Of a DNA stretch of 64,000 nt, positions 50,485 to 60,654 are shown piece after piece. A program made the translations under genes and the position numbers. How positions within the stretch are numbered: the first letter of the stretch is position 1; each line of letters begins with the position of its first letter. The notes beneath the pieces were generated by a model. The model was not told the DNA's origin. It saw nothing but the letters and a program-made list of their open reading frames with translations, and made no database searches. The stretch is taken from contig CAXXXD010000002.1 of the NCBI GenBank assembly GCA_963663385.2, positions 96,001 to 160,000 on the forward strand. The letters run 5' to 3'. This DNA is from Oceanispirochaeta sp. (GTDB taxonomy: Bacteria > Spirochaetota > Spirochaetia > DSM-2461).

Positions 50485-52284
50485 ATGAAGACATCTATGA
50501 GAAAGATCGCCCTTCCTGTCCTGCTTCTGATGGTGAGCTCCGCATCAATAGGATTCCTTCTTTTTGGATTTCATCTGATTATCGGGCAGACTGAACAGAA
50601 AGGCCTGGCGGATATCAGGCAGATTCTGTACGAGTTAAGTATTTTACAGGAGACGGGTCCTTTTCCGGAGGGGAGATTGCAGGAGCTGGTTGTTCAGCAG
50701 AGCTGTCTGATTGATGCCAGGGTTATCATTATTGATATGGATTCCAGTCTTATGGCCGATTCCCGTCTGGGAGGCCAGGCTGTTTCCGGGAAGTATATCA
50801 ATGCGGAATTATCGGAGGCTAAAATCAGTAATTTTTCCTCCGGCTATATCCGGGATAATACTCAGGGAGTCATTCAGATAACGATTGCACGTACTTTTGT
50901 GACGGAGCCTCCTGTTACGCCAACGGGCAAAATGGTTATTTCCGTGACCTACCGCCAAGGAGAAGTTCATAGCTTTTTTCTGGCATTCATTGCCCTGTGC
51001 GGGGTGTTCCTCGTGACAGGAGCGGGTACGGTATACCTTGCCTTTACCCGTTTCTCCAGACAGCTCAACCGCCCTCTCACAAAACTGCTGCCATCTGATG
51101 ATTCCAGTGCCGGAGGAGGACTCGCCAAAATCAGAGTTGATGAAGGGGATGAAAAGTTAAGGGAGCTGGCTGATCTTTTTAACGCGCTGGCTGATAAATA
51201 TAACCTGCTTATTGAATCGGATAACAGGAAATACAGCCGTATCAATACCCTCCTGTCCCATTTGAAATCCGGTTTTTTAATGACAGATAGAGAGGGTCGA
51301 ATCATTATGGTTAATCCCGCCGCTGAGGAGATGCTTAAGCTGAATAAAATCGGTCTTTTCAAGATCCGTAATATTCAGGACTGTCAATCGGAAGTGCTGG
51401 GGAAAATCAGTGAAGCGATTTCCGATGTAAACAGCAGGCTGGAAACGGTGGAGTTTTCCCGGAAAACGGATGATGGTTCAATTCTGGAAATCAGTGTCGA
51501 GGCTGTATACAACAAGTATCGTCCACATGAACACAGCGGAGCTCTTGTAATCCTGCGGGATGTTACAGAATCCTGTCACCTTGAACAATTGAAGGATGAT
51601 TTTATTGCCAATGTCTCTCACGAACTGAGGACGCCCCTGACACTGATCACCGGTTTTGTGGAAACTCTGAAATCCTGGGAACTCCTGAGTGATGAAGACC
51701 GCAACACCTCTCTGAATATCATTGAGGTGGAGACGGAGAGGCTGAAAAAACTCATTAATGAGCTGTTGCTCCTTTCCAAAATAGAAGGGGATATCTCACG
51801 GACTGTTGAGGAGTCTCCCGTCAGGATTAAGGAAGTGCTGGAGAATGTGGTGACCCTGTTTGAGTCCATGAGGGAAGAAAAAACCATTGATACCCAAATC
51901 AGTATTCAGGATCCGCTTCCCGAAGTGATAGGTGTCGCCAGCTGGTACAGGCAGATCATTTTCAATATTTATCATAATGCCCTGAAATACACACCGGAAA
52001 ACGGAAGGATAAGGATCGCTGCTTATGCGGACCCTGAAAATATTACGGTATCCGTTTCCGATAACGGCAGGGGAATTCCCGAGGCAGACCGCGAGAAAAT
52101 CTTCGACAGATTCTACCGGGCCGGCAAATATACAAACCGTAAAATATCAGGTAACGGACTGGGCCTTACCATTACAAAACATATGGTTAATGAACTGGGT
52201 GGAACAATAACCGTTTCGGAATCCGAGGCGGGAGGCGCCGAATTTACAGTTGTTCTGCCGATTGTAAAAAATCTAAAGGATTAA
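50485..52284 (+). CDS. PhoR-like sensor histidine kinase (TM, HAMP, PAS, HisKA, HATPase)
   Basis: DFIANVSHELRTPLT, NALKYT, DNGRGIP, GNGLGL; start ATG 50485. Confidence 0.92.
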   Translation: MKTSMRKIALPVLLLMVSSASIGFLLFGFHLIIGQTEQKGLADIRQILYELSILQETGPFPEGRLQELVVQQSCLIDARVIIIDMDSSLMADSRLGGQAVSGKYINAELSEAKISNFSSGYIRDNTQGVIQITIARTFVTEPPVTPTGKMVISVTYRQGEVHSFFLAFIALCGVFLVTGAGTVYLAFTRFSRQLNRPLTKLLPSDDSSAGGGLAKIRVDEGDEKLRELADLFNALADKYNLLIESDNRKYSRINTLLSHLKSGFLMTDREGRIIMVNPAAEEMLKLNKIGLFKIRNIQDCQSEVLGKISEAISDVNSRLETVEFSRKTDDGSILEISVEAVYNKYRPHEHSGALVILRDVTESCHLEQLKDDFIANVSHELRTPLTLITGFVETLKSWELLSDEDRNTSLNIIEVETERLKKLINELLLLSKIEGDISRTVEESPVRIKEVLENVVTLFESMREEKTIDTQISIQDPLPEVIGVASWYRQIIFNIYHNALKYTPENGRIRIAAYADPENITVSVSDNGRGIPEADREKIFDRFYRAGKYTNRKISGNGLGLTITKHMVNELGGTITVSESEAGGAEFTVVLPIVKNLKD

Positions 52285-52287
52285 AAA

Positions 52288-53676
52288 ATGAAACAAAGTC
52301 ATGTTTTTTCAAAGGAAATAATGAAAGCCTGTGATATAAGGGGGATAGTCGGTTCCCAGCTGAATGAAACTGATGCCTATTTTATCGGAAGAGCATTTGG
52401 ATCCATCCTGGTCAGAATGGGTAAAAAGAGCTGCGTTATAGGGTATGACGGACGGTTGAGTTCGACGGGACTGGCTGTCAGACTGGTGAACGGGCTTCTG
52501 GAAAGCGGGATCAATGTCATTGATGTGGGGCTTGTCCCGACTCCGGTTGTCTATTTTGCTATTCATCATCTGAGAACGGATGCGGGGGTTATTATTACAG
52601 CCAGCCATAATCCTTCCGAATATAATGGTTTCAAGTTTCAGCTTGAAGACAGACCTTTTCACGGCAGGGAAATCCAGGACCTTGGCACTGTCAGTTCCAG
52701 AGGGGATTTCTGCAGCGGAAATGGTCAGCTGAGTTCTATGGAGATCAGGGATGCCTATGTCGAGTATCTGACCGGCTTCCTGGATGTTCCGGATAACAGT
52801 GAAATCTCAGTGGTATGGGATCCCGGTCACGGAGCCACCGCGGCCGTACTGTCATCTTTTCTGAAAAGGCTGCCTGGTACTCATTATGCTATCTGCAACG
52901 AGGTGGACGGCACATTCCCCTGTCATCATCCTGATCCCAGCCTGGAAGAGAATCTGGAGCACCTCAAACAGGCGGTTCTGGACAGAGGGGCCGATCTGGG
53001 AATTGCCTTTGACGGCGATGGAGACCGGCTGGGGATCGTAGACGGAAAGGGCAAGATGCTTATGGGGGATCAATTGCTTGTTCTCTTTGCCAGGGAGCTT
53101 CTAAAAAAATCTCCCGCATCCAGAATCATGTCGGAAGTGAAGGCCAGCCGTTTCTTCTCCGATGATGTAAAAGCCCGCGGGGGTGAGCCTGTTATCTGGA
53201 AAGTGGGGCATACAAATCAGAAGGACAAGATGCGGCTTGAGAGTATACCCCTGGCGGGAGAAACAAGCGGGCATATGTTTTTCGAAGAGAACCGGGGTCT
53301 TGACGACGGGATGTTTGCGGCGGTGAAGCTTTTGAATATTCTAATGGCACAGCCACGGAAACTTTCGGAAATCCGGGAAGCTTTTCCCCGTTATCATGAC
53401 AGCGGAGAGATAAGGATTCCTCTTGATTCGGAGAGAAGGGCGGAGTTGATTGAGGAGATTAAAACCAGATTCATTCAGGAAGGACGAGACTTTCTGGATA
53501 TAGATGGTATCCGGGCGGAAACAGCCGATGGATTCTGGATGATCAGAGCCTCCAATACGCAGCCTCATATGACAATCCGATGTGAAGCGGCTACGGAAGC
53601 AGGTCTTCGGGCCTGTATGGACGATCTGGACAGGCAGTTGAGATTGTCCGGACTGGCTCTGCCGTCCGGCTCCTGA
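52288..53676 (+). CDS. Phosphomannomutase/phosphoglucomutase
   Basis: ITASHNP, FDGDGDR, GETSGH, IRASNTQP. Confidence 0.92.
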   Translation: MKQSHVFSKEIMKACDIRGIVGSQLNETDAYFIGRAFGSILVRMGKKSCVIGYDGRLSSTGLAVRLVNGLLESGINVIDVGLVPTPVVYFAIHHLRTDAGVIITASHNPSEYNGFKFQLEDRPFHGREIQDLGTVSSRGDFCSGNGQLSSMEIRDAYVEYLTGFLDVPDNSEISVVWDPGHGATAAVLSSFLKRLPGTHYAICNEVDGTFPCHHPDPSLEENLEHLKQAVLDRGADLGIAFDGDGDRLGIVDGKGKMLMGDQLLVLFARELLKKSPASRIMSEVKASRFFSDDVKARGGEPVIWKVGHTNQKDKMRLESIPLAGETSGHMFFEENRGLDDGMFAAVKLLNILMAQPRKLSEIREAFPRYHDSGEIRIPLDSERRAELIEEIKTRFIQEGRDFLDIDGIRAETADGFWMIRASNTQPHMTIRCEAATEAGLRACMDDLDRQLRLSGLALPSGS

Positions 53677-53692
53677 TGCCAGGGGCGGGACT

Positions 53693-54778
53693 TTATTTCT
53701 TGTAAATATGAAAAAGGTCCCTGTCGAATTTCAGCTGCACCCTGTCTCCGGTTCGGTAGCTTTCTATTTTTTCACCTTTGTTCAACTGGTGAATATTTAT
53801 AAAGGATCCCTCGAACTCAATTCGATACTCCGTATAAGCTCCCAGGAATGAACGGAGGTCAATCCGCCCGCAGAAGTCTGTTTTCTCCCTGCTGATGCTG
53901 ATGGCCTCCGGTTTTATGGCAAGGTATACCTCCTCTCCTTCGAAGTACTGCAGCTGAGGTTCTTCCGATTCCACAACGATAATCCTCTCCTGCAGACGGA
54001 CCGTGATTCTCCTTCCCTCAATCTCCTCAACCTTGGCGGATATAAAATTGGCGTTACCGATAAAATCCGCCACAAAGGCATTGGCGGGGTTGTTATAGAT
54101 CTCTTCGGGGGTTCCTGTCTGAATCATTTTCCCCCTGTTCATAATAACAATCCGATCGGACATACTGAGTGCTTCGGACTGGTCATGGGTTACGTACAGT
54201 ACGGTAACCCCCAGCATCTGGTGGACCCGTTTTATCTCCGCTCGGGTCTGCATCCGCAGTTTGACATCCAGGTTGGAAAGGGGCTCGTCAAAAAGGATCA
54301 TCTCCGGTTTAAGGACCAGGGTTCGGGCCAGGGCAACTCTCTGCTGCTGGCCGCCCGAAAGCTCCCCCGGGTAGCGCTGTTCCAGTCCCACCAGATTGAC
54401 TACCTGACAGGCCATCGCCACATCGTTCCGGATAACATCACGGGATTTTTTCCGTGCCTTCAGACCGTAGGCGATATTTTCATAAACCGTTAGATGAGGA
54501 AAAAGGGCATAGCTCTGAAATACCATCGGCATGGACCTCAGGTAGGGAGGAACCCTGTTTATATTTTCTCCCTTCAGATAAATATCCCCTGCGCTCTGCT
54601 CTTCGAATCCGGCAATCACCCGGAGAGCCGTCGTTTTTCCGCAGCCTGAAGGGCCCAGTATGGTAATGAACTCCCCTTTCCGGATTTCCAGATCCATATG
54701 ATCCAGAGCCTTTATTTTATTTCCGTTTCCGGCATTGTATATTTTTGTCAGTTCAGACAGTTTCAGGTAATTATTCAA
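53693..54778 (-). CDS. ABC ATP-binding protein (AfuC-type)
   Basis: GPSGCGKT, LSGGQQQR, FDEPLSNLD. Confidence 0.92.
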   Translation of the reverse strand: MNNYLKLSELTKIYNAGNGNKIKALDHMDLEIRKGEFITILGPSGCGKTTALRVIAGFEEQSAGDIYLKGENINRVPPYLRSMPMVFQSYALFPHLTVYENIAYGLKARKKSRDVIRNDVAMACQVVNLVGLEQRYPGELSGGQQQRVALARTLVLKPEMILFDEPLSNLDVKLRMQTRAEIKRVHQMLGVTVLYVTHDQSEALSMSDRIVIMNRGKMIQTGTPEEIYNNPANAFVADFIGNANFISAKVEEIEGRRITVRLQERIIVVESEEPQLQYFEGEEVYLAIKPEAISISREKTDFCGRIDLRSFLGAYTEYRIEFEGSFINIHQLNKGEKIESYRTGDRVQLKFDRDLFHIYKK

Positions 54779-54787
54779 TCGATACCT

Positions 54788-56452
54788 CTACAATTGGGTC
54801 GCTGAGATTATCAGTCCGGTCCGTCCTCTCCGGTTCAAAAGGGAGATGAGAAAAACAATCACGGATATTATGATGATCAGGGAGAAGGACATGACCGATG
54901 CCGCTCCCAGCCGCATAATTTCCGTCTGTGCCAGAATGAGAACGGACATATGGTTCCATTTGGCTGATATCAGAAATATAATGGCGCTGATAGCGGTCAT
55001 GCTCCGGATAAAGGCATATGTGGCCCCTGCCAGAAAAGCCGGTTTTATCATGGGGATTGTAATCCTGCGCAGGATATGAAGGCTGTTTCCTCCCAGGTTG
55101 GCAGCTGACTCCTCAATATTCCCGGATATCTGGCTTAATGCGGCTATCCCTCCCTCCACACCGATGGGGACATTTCTGAAAACGTATACTGCAACCAGTA
55201 TAAAAGCAGTTCCGGACAGTTTGAAAGGGCTGTGGTTGAATGCCAGAACATAACCGATTCCCACTACTGTGCCTGGTATGGCATAACTTAACAGGGAGAG
55301 GAATTCCAGGGCTTTTATACCATAGATTTTTTTACGGACAGTCAGAAAAGCGATCATTACTCCCAGAACGGCTGTTATGGGTGTGGAGATCAGAGCCAGG
55401 AGAAGCGTGTTAAGCATGGTTTTGAAACCAACATCATAACTGTAAATAAAGTGTTCAGTTGTAAACGACCAGTTTTCTCCCCACAGTTTAATAAAACTTC
55501 CCATCACAATGGTTATATAGATAAGGATAATAAAAAGGGCTGTGGAGAGGCAGAGCAGAAAGAGAACCCTGCTAACGCTCTTTGTTACAAGCCCCGTTGA
55601 CTCTCTTCCGGTTTTTCCGTTTATTGTGACAAAATTCCGTCGTCTCAGTATCCTTTTCTGCAGATAGAATACCAGGAGTGTGGGTATAAGCAGCAGAACC
55701 GCAAGGGCTGTGCCGCGGGAGAGGTTCCCCATCCCTGTAAATTCCATATAGGCCTGTACGGAAAGAACATTGAAATCTCCCCCGATAATGATGGGGTTTC
55801 CGAAATCCGTGAGGGAACCGACGAATACCAGAAGCCAGGAAGCCAGCAGGCCCGGCAGGGTCAGGGGGAGAGTGATTGTCCGGAACACCCTGAAACGGGG
55901 CGCTCCCAGGTTCAGGGCAGACACTTCCAGATCGGGGTCCACAGCCTGTACGATTCCCGAAAGGATGAGGTAGGAGAGGGGAAACAGGCCTGTAATCTGC
56001 ACAAGCAGCAGTCCCCTTAATCCGTATATCCCCAGACTGTCCATCCCCAGAAGGCGTGCAGTAATCATTCCGTTCCGCCCGAACAGGAGGATTACCGATA
56101 GGGCAAACATGAAGGGGGGGGATATAAGGGGGAGGATGGCAAGGGCCTGAAAAAATCTTTTTCCCTTTATGGAAGCCCTGTGTATGGAATAGGCAAACAG
56201 AAAACCCATAACTGTGGCCCCCGATGCTGTCAGGGATGCCAGAAGAAGGCTGTTTGATATGGCTCTTAAATTCTGCTGCTGCGTGAATACATCCCGGTAA
56301 ACCTCAAGGCTGAATCCGCTCTCTCCTCTGATGCTCATTTTGAACGCCGAAAAGAGGGGGTAAATAATAAACAGCAGAAGCAGCAGGAAGATAACGAAGG
56401 CAGCGACTGCCAGATAGGGATCCCTTTTCCGGATATATAGCTTTCTATTCAT
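54788..56452 (-). CDS. AfuB/FbpB-type permease
   Basis: LPLISPPF...LFGRNG, DFGNP, IPGTVVGIGY, two EAA loops. Confidence 0.9.
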   Translation of the reverse strand: MNRKLYIRKRDPYLAVAAFVIFLLLLLFIIYPLFSAFKMSIRGESGFSLEVYRDVFTQQQNLRAISNSLLLASLTASGATVMGFLFAYSIHRASIKGKRFFQALAILPLISPPFMFALSVILLFGRNGMITARLLGMDSLGIYGLRGLLLVQITGLFPLSYLILSGIVQAVDPDLEVSALNLGAPRFRVFRTITLPLTLPGLLASWLLVFVGSLTDFGNPIIIGGDFNVLSVQAYMEFTGMGNLSRGTALAVLLLIPTLLVFYLQKRILRRRNFVTINGKTGRESTGLVTKSVSRVLFLLCLSTALFIILIYITIVMGSFIKLWGENWSFTTEHFIYSYDVGFKTMLNTLLLALISTPITAVLGVMIAFLTVRKKIYGIKALEFLSLLSYAIPGTVVGIGYVLAFNHSPFKLSGTAFILVAVYVFRNVPIGVEGGIAALSQISGNIEESAANLGGNSLHILRRITIPMIKPAFLAGATYAFIRSMTAISAIIFLISAKWNHMSVLILAQTEIMRLGAASVMSFSLIIIISVIVFLISLLNRRGRTGLIISATQL

Positions 56453-57467
56453 GTGCCGATCCGATTAACTGATTCCAGCGCTCCACAAGCCTCTGCTTGT
56501 TGGCGGCGCTCCATTGATCATCCTGATGGATAATCTCTACATCCCGGATTGAAAAAGCACCTGCCTGGTGAGGAATGTCCATAAAAGGGACAACAAAGTA
56601 GGAGGCAAAAATTTCAGCGGCCGATTCTCCCAGGGCCCAGTCATAGAAGCGGGCGGCAGATGCATCTTCCCTTTCCGGTCCGTTTTTTATCATGGAAATC
56701 GAAGCTATTTCGTACCCTGTCCCTTCATCGGGAAAGGTAACCGTAACGGGGTAACCTTCCTTTTTCAGGCGCAGGGCATCATGGGTGTAACCTATGGCTA
56801 TGGCAACTTCCCCTATGCTCATGTTTTTGCCGGGGGCCAGGCCGGAACGGGTGTAATGGGTTATGTTATTATCCAGCTTCTGAAGATATTCGAACGCTTT
56901 CTGTTCGCCCAGCAGCTGAATAAGCGTTGATATGGTGTTGTAAGAGGTTCCCGATGAACCGGGATTGGCCATCTGGATATGATTACGGTATTCCGGTTTT
57001 ATCAGATCCGCCCAGGAGTGCGGCGCCGGCAGTCCGTAGAGTTCCAGTTTTTCCGTGTTGCTGGCAAAGCAGAGGGGACTGGCGTAAAGACCTGTCCAGT
57101 AATCATCCGGATCCTTTAAGAGGGAGGGCATTGTGTTTATGGAGGATTCATAGGGTTCTGTCAGACCTTTGTTTTTGGCTTCTATATGGCCCAGTCCTAC
57201 CCCGCCAAACCAGATGCTGGCCTGGGGGTTGTTCCGTTCAGCCTCCAGCCGGGCAACGCATTCTCCGGTGGAGAGACGGATCCAGTCCACAGGGATACCC
57301 GTTTCTGCGGTGAAGGCTTTGAAAAGTTTTCTAGCCAGTTCTTCATCCAGTGTCGTGTAGGCGGTCACTCCGGGTGCCTTTTTCTGCCCGCACCCTGTGA
57401 GAACCGCGGTAGAGAGCAGGAGCAGAATAAACAGTCCGGGCAGGCGTTTTATTATTAAAATCTTCAC
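56445..57467 (-). CDS. AfuA-like binding lipoprotein
   Basis: Lipobox LTG-C; RLSTGE, ANPGSSGTSY, YTRSG, GYTHD, EGTGYE. Confidence 0.85.
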   Translation of the reverse strand: MKILIIKRLPGLFILLLLSTAVLTGCGQKKAPGVTAYTTLDEELARKLFKAFTAETGIPVDWIRLSTGECVARLEAERNNPQASIWFGGVGLGHIEAKNKGLTEPYESSINTMPSLLKDPDDYWTGLYASPLCFASNTEKLELYGLPAPHSWADLIKPEYRNHIQMANPGSSGTSYNTISTLIQLLGEQKAFEYLQKLDNNITHYTRSGLAPGKNMSIGEVAIAIGYTHDALRLKKEGYPVTVTFPDEGTGYEIASISMIKNGPEREDASAARFYDWALGESAAEIFASYFVVPFMDIPHQAGAFSIRDVEIIHQDDQWSAANKQRLVERWNQLIGSAHE

Positions 57468-57471
57468 CTTG

Positions 57472-58161
57472 TCATCCTTTGATCCTTGCCAGTTTATAAC
57501 CTCTGCCCCTTTCGGTCAGAAGGTAAACGGGTTGGGAGGGATCCGGTTCGATTTTCTTTCTGAGGCGTCGGATATTGACCTTGACCATCTCCCGGCCCCC
57601 GTCCCAGTCTTCGTACCCCCAAACCTTCTTCAGCAGTACCTGCCAGGACATGACCCAGTCGATTTTCCTGCCCAATACTTCCAGGAGTTTATACTCAACC
57701 GGTGTGAGTTTCACTTCTTCACCATCGAAGAAAACCTCTTCCCTGTCCATTTTAATAAGGAGCTGTCCGGTTTCGATGGACTTCACTTCCTTCTGACCAT
57801 TGGATCTCTTCAGCAGTTTTTTTACACGGAGGGTCAGTTCCTTATGGTTGAAGGGTTTTCGGATATAGTCTTCCGCCCCTATTTCCAGCCCGGATATAAC
57901 ATCGCTGTCCTGATCGCGGCAGCTGAGGATAATAACCGGAATATGTTCGGAGATCTTTATCCTGTTGCATACTTCCAGACCGTTAATGCCCGGCAGGTTT
58001 ATATCCAGCAGAACAAGATCGATTTTTTCTTTTTGAACCAAACTGAGCCCTTCTTCGCCGGATCCCGCCTTGCGAACCTGAAATTCCTCGTCCTTCATAA
58101 GAAAATCAAGGATGGTAACCAGATGAGGATCATCTTCAATTATCAGAATTGTTTGTTCCAG
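57472..58161 (-). CDS. OmpR-family response regulator with a probable CTG start
   Basis: The receiver N-terminus EQTILIIEDD lies in frame upstream of the track's ATG at 58098. AAGGAG-N6-CTG at 58161. Confidence 0.88.
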   Translation of the reverse strand: MEQTILIIEDDPHLVTILDFLMKDEEFQVRKAGSGEEGLSLVQKEKIDLVLLDINLPGINGLEVCNRIKISEHIPVIILSCRDQDSDVISGLEIGAEDYIRKPFNHKELTLRVKKLLKRSNGQKEVKSIETGQLLIKMDREEVFFDGEEVKLTPVEYKLLEVLGRKIDWVMSWQVLLKKVWGYEDWDGGREMVKVNIRRLRKKIEPDPSQPVYLLTERGRGYKLARIKG

Positions 58162-59437
58162 AAAAAACTCCTTTGTAAAGAGGCAGAGTAAAGGACACTG
58201 TTGTTCCTGCCTGAGGCAGGGAACTTATATAGACTTTGCCCCTATGTTTTTCAATTATGTCCTTTACTATGGTCAGGCCCAGCCCCGCCCCTTCGTTCAG
58301 ATTTTTCGCCGGATCAGTTGACTGATAGAACTCATTGAAAACCTGTGATATCTCCCTGTTTTCAATCCCCATGCCCCTGTCATGAACAGATACAACGACG
58401 CACTGTTCATTTTCCTGAACCGTTATGGTCAGTTCCGAATCCTCCGGACTGTTCTTGCTGCCGTTATGAATCAGGTTCAGCAGAACCTGCTCCAGCCATC
58501 TTCTGTCCCCCAGGGTTTTCGACAGGAGGGCAGGGTAGTGGTAGCGGAGGGTCTGTCTCCGGGTTTCCAGATAGGGTTTGATATCCAGAGCTGTTTTTCG
58601 GATAATGGTTCGTATATCCAGAGGCTGCTGCTTTATGGAAAACCAGGCGAATTCCACTTTCACCTGGGAGAGGATATTTTCCACCAGAGCATTGAGACGT
58701 TTTGTATTCTCCAGGGAAGACGAGACCAGGGATTTCTGCGTTTCGTTGAGAGGCCCCGGCCTCTCCTCCATAATCAATTCATTGGATGTTTTTATTACAG
58801 CCAGAGGGGTTCTGAGTTCGTGGGTAAGGGTGGAAAGCAGTTTGTTTTTATTATCCACAAGATTTTTCATATACTCGTACTCTCTGTTTTCCTTTCTGTC
58901 CTTCAGCCTTATCATTTTTACAAGCAGAACAAGGGAGAGGAGCGCCCCTGCGGCATAGAGGATCTGTCCGGTTTCACCCCGTAAAACAAATCCTGCCGTT
59001 GTCAGGACTGTCAGAAGTCCCGCGAAGAGAGAAATAACGGCTCTCTTCTGTTTTTCCATTACAAGCTCTACCGTTTGCAGACTGATAAAAGGCAGAAGGA
59101 GGAAAAAATCCAGAAAAAGGGTAAAAGCTGCCGTCATGACAAGATCGGAAGTTATAAAAATCATCGAGTTAAAAAAGTGATCCTGTTTTGTTGCAGCACA
59201 GTATGAGTAAAAAAGGATATGAAAGGTATACAGCCCGGTCAGGAGTATGACCATAGAACGAAAATCAATCTCCTTTGGGAAGATCTGCAGAATAATAACT
59301 GATAGAAGCAGAAGATATCGTATGATTTTTACTTTTTTCAAGGGAAATCCAATCCTCGCCGGCAGGAATCCTGCCGCTGTTTTATCCTCTTCCATTGTAT
59401 CGGAAATCACCGGTCTGTCCATTGCATTATTCATCAT
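58136..59437 (-). CDS. Intramembrane-type sensor histidine kinase
   Basis: Several TM segments without a large periplasmic loop; THELRTPL, LLNLIHNGSK, DRGMGI, GAGLGL. Confidence 0.9.
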   Translation of the reverse strand: MMNNAMDRPVISDTMEEDKTAAGFLPARIGFPLKKVKIIRYLLLLSVIILQIFPKEIDFRSMVILLTGLYTFHILFYSYCAATKQDHFFNSMIFITSDLVMTAAFTLFLDFFLLLPFISLQTVELVMEKQKRAVISLFAGLLTVLTTAGFVLRGETGQILYAAGALLSLVLLVKMIRLKDRKENREYEYMKNLVDNKNKLLSTLTHELRTPLAVIKTSNELIMEERPGPLNETQKSLVSSSLENTKRLNALVENILSQVKVEFAWFSIKQQPLDIRTIIRKTALDIKPYLETRRQTLRYHYPALLSKTLGDRRWLEQVLLNLIHNGSKNSPEDSELTITVQENEQCVVVSVHDRGMGIENREISQVFNEFYQSTDPAKNLNEGAGLGLTIVKDIIEKHRGKVYISSLPQAGTTVSFTLPLYKGVFSGTNNSDN

Positions 59438-59492
59438 AATTCTATTCCCCTCACTGTTTTACAGAAAATGCACGAAAGAGGAAATTCTGCAA

Positions 59493-59536
59493 GTTACAAT
59501 TCGGTAACAATCCAGTAACAGTTCGGTAACAATTGG
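59493..59536 (+). promoter_or_regulatory. Four 11-bp direct repeats, OmpR/PhoB-type binding array
   Basis: GTTACAATTCG GTAACAATCCA GTAACAGTTCG GTAACAATTGG in the divergent intergenic region. Confidence 0.8.
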
Positions 59537-59605
59537 GGATCTGCTGTTTCCAAGCGGGTATTCCTGCCTTAGAGTAAACCCAGAAATTAACAAGGAGAAA
59601 GAAAT

Positions 59606-60649
59606 ATGTTGAAAAAAAATTTTTCTATTCTTATGATTCTGCTCTGTGCAGCTACCTTTTCAGTAATGGCCAGCGGCTCTCAGGAATCCGCGGCGGAAGA
59701 CAAGGGATCCCTGGTTTTCTATGCGGGTCTTCAGGAAGATCATGCTGCTATGATCGCCGAAGAGTTTGAAGCCACTACAGGAATTAAAACCGAATTTGTT
59801 CGAATGAGCAGCGGTGAAATACTGGCTCGTCTTAAGGCCGAAAAAGATAATATGACTGCTTCCGTATGGTACGGCGGACCCGTTGACGGTATCGTTGCAG
59901 CCAACGAAGAAGGACTTATCGAACGTTACATTTCACCCGAAGTAGACAATATCAAACCGGGTTTTGCAGAACCCAGCGGTATCTGGACCGGTATCTATAT
60001 CGGGTACCTCGGATTTGTTGGTAACAAAACAATGCTGGAAGAGAGAGGCCTTGAAATGCCTCAGTCATGGGCAGACTTTCTGAAACCCGATTACAATCAG
60101 GAAATCGTAGTGGCTCACCCCGGTTCTTCCGGAACAGCCTATACCATGCTGGCTACCATCGTTCAGATGATGGGGGAAGAGAAGGCTATGGAATACTTCA
60201 AAAAGTTCAGCCCCCAGGTAAGACAGTACACCAAATCCGGTACGGCTCCCGGCAGAATGGCCGGTCTGGGTGAAACAACAGTTGGAATCACCTTTCTGCA
60301 TGATGCCATCAAATACAAGAAAGAAGGATACGAAGATATCGTAATTTCCGCTCCTGCAGAAGGAACCGGATACGAAATCGGCGGTGTTGCTCTTCTGAAG
60401 AACGGACCCGATCAGGAAAACGGAAAGATTTTCATTGACTGGGTTCTGACCAAAGAAGTACAGGAAATGGGAAAAACTGTCGGTTCCTTCCAGTTCCTGA
60501 CAAACAAGAATGCCATGCCTCCCGAAGAAGCCATGCCGATCAAGGACACAAAACTGATCGATTACGACTTCCAGTGGGCCGGAGAAAACAAAAAGAGACT
60601 GGTTGAGCTTTTCAGCAAGGAAACAAGCACAACCGCTCCTACCGAATAA
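59606..60649 (+). CDS. AfuA-like (sugar-phosphate/Fe3+ family) substrate-binding protein
   Basis: RMSSGE, WYGGPVD, AHPGSSGTAY, YTKSG, TFLHD, EGTGYE. Confidence 0.87.
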   Translation: MLKKNFSILMILLCAATFSVMASGSQESAAEDKGSLVFYAGLQEDHAAMIAEEFEATTGIKTEFVRMSSGEILARLKAEKDNMTASVWYGGPVDGIVAANEEGLIERYISPEVDNIKPGFAEPSGIWTGIYIGYLGFVGNKTMLEERGLEMPQSWADFLKPDYNQEIVVAHPGSSGTAYTMLATIVQMMGEEKAMEYFKKFSPQVRQYTKSGTAPGRMAGLGETTVGITFLHDAIKYKKEGYEDIVISAPAEGTGYEIGGVALLKNGPDQENGKIFIDWVLTKEVQEMGKTVGSFQFLTNKNAMPPEEAMPIKDTKLIDYDFQWAGENKKRLVELFSKETSTTAPTE

Positions 60650-60654
60650 TATAA

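Noticed and set aside
57397..58191. Long antisense ORFs (57397-58191, also 7-741 and 7112-8020)
   Set aside because: They lie opposite well-supported genes and have no recognisable motifs.
59493..59536. Repeat run as a CRISPR array
   Set aside because: 11-bp units without spacers, and no cas genes in the window.
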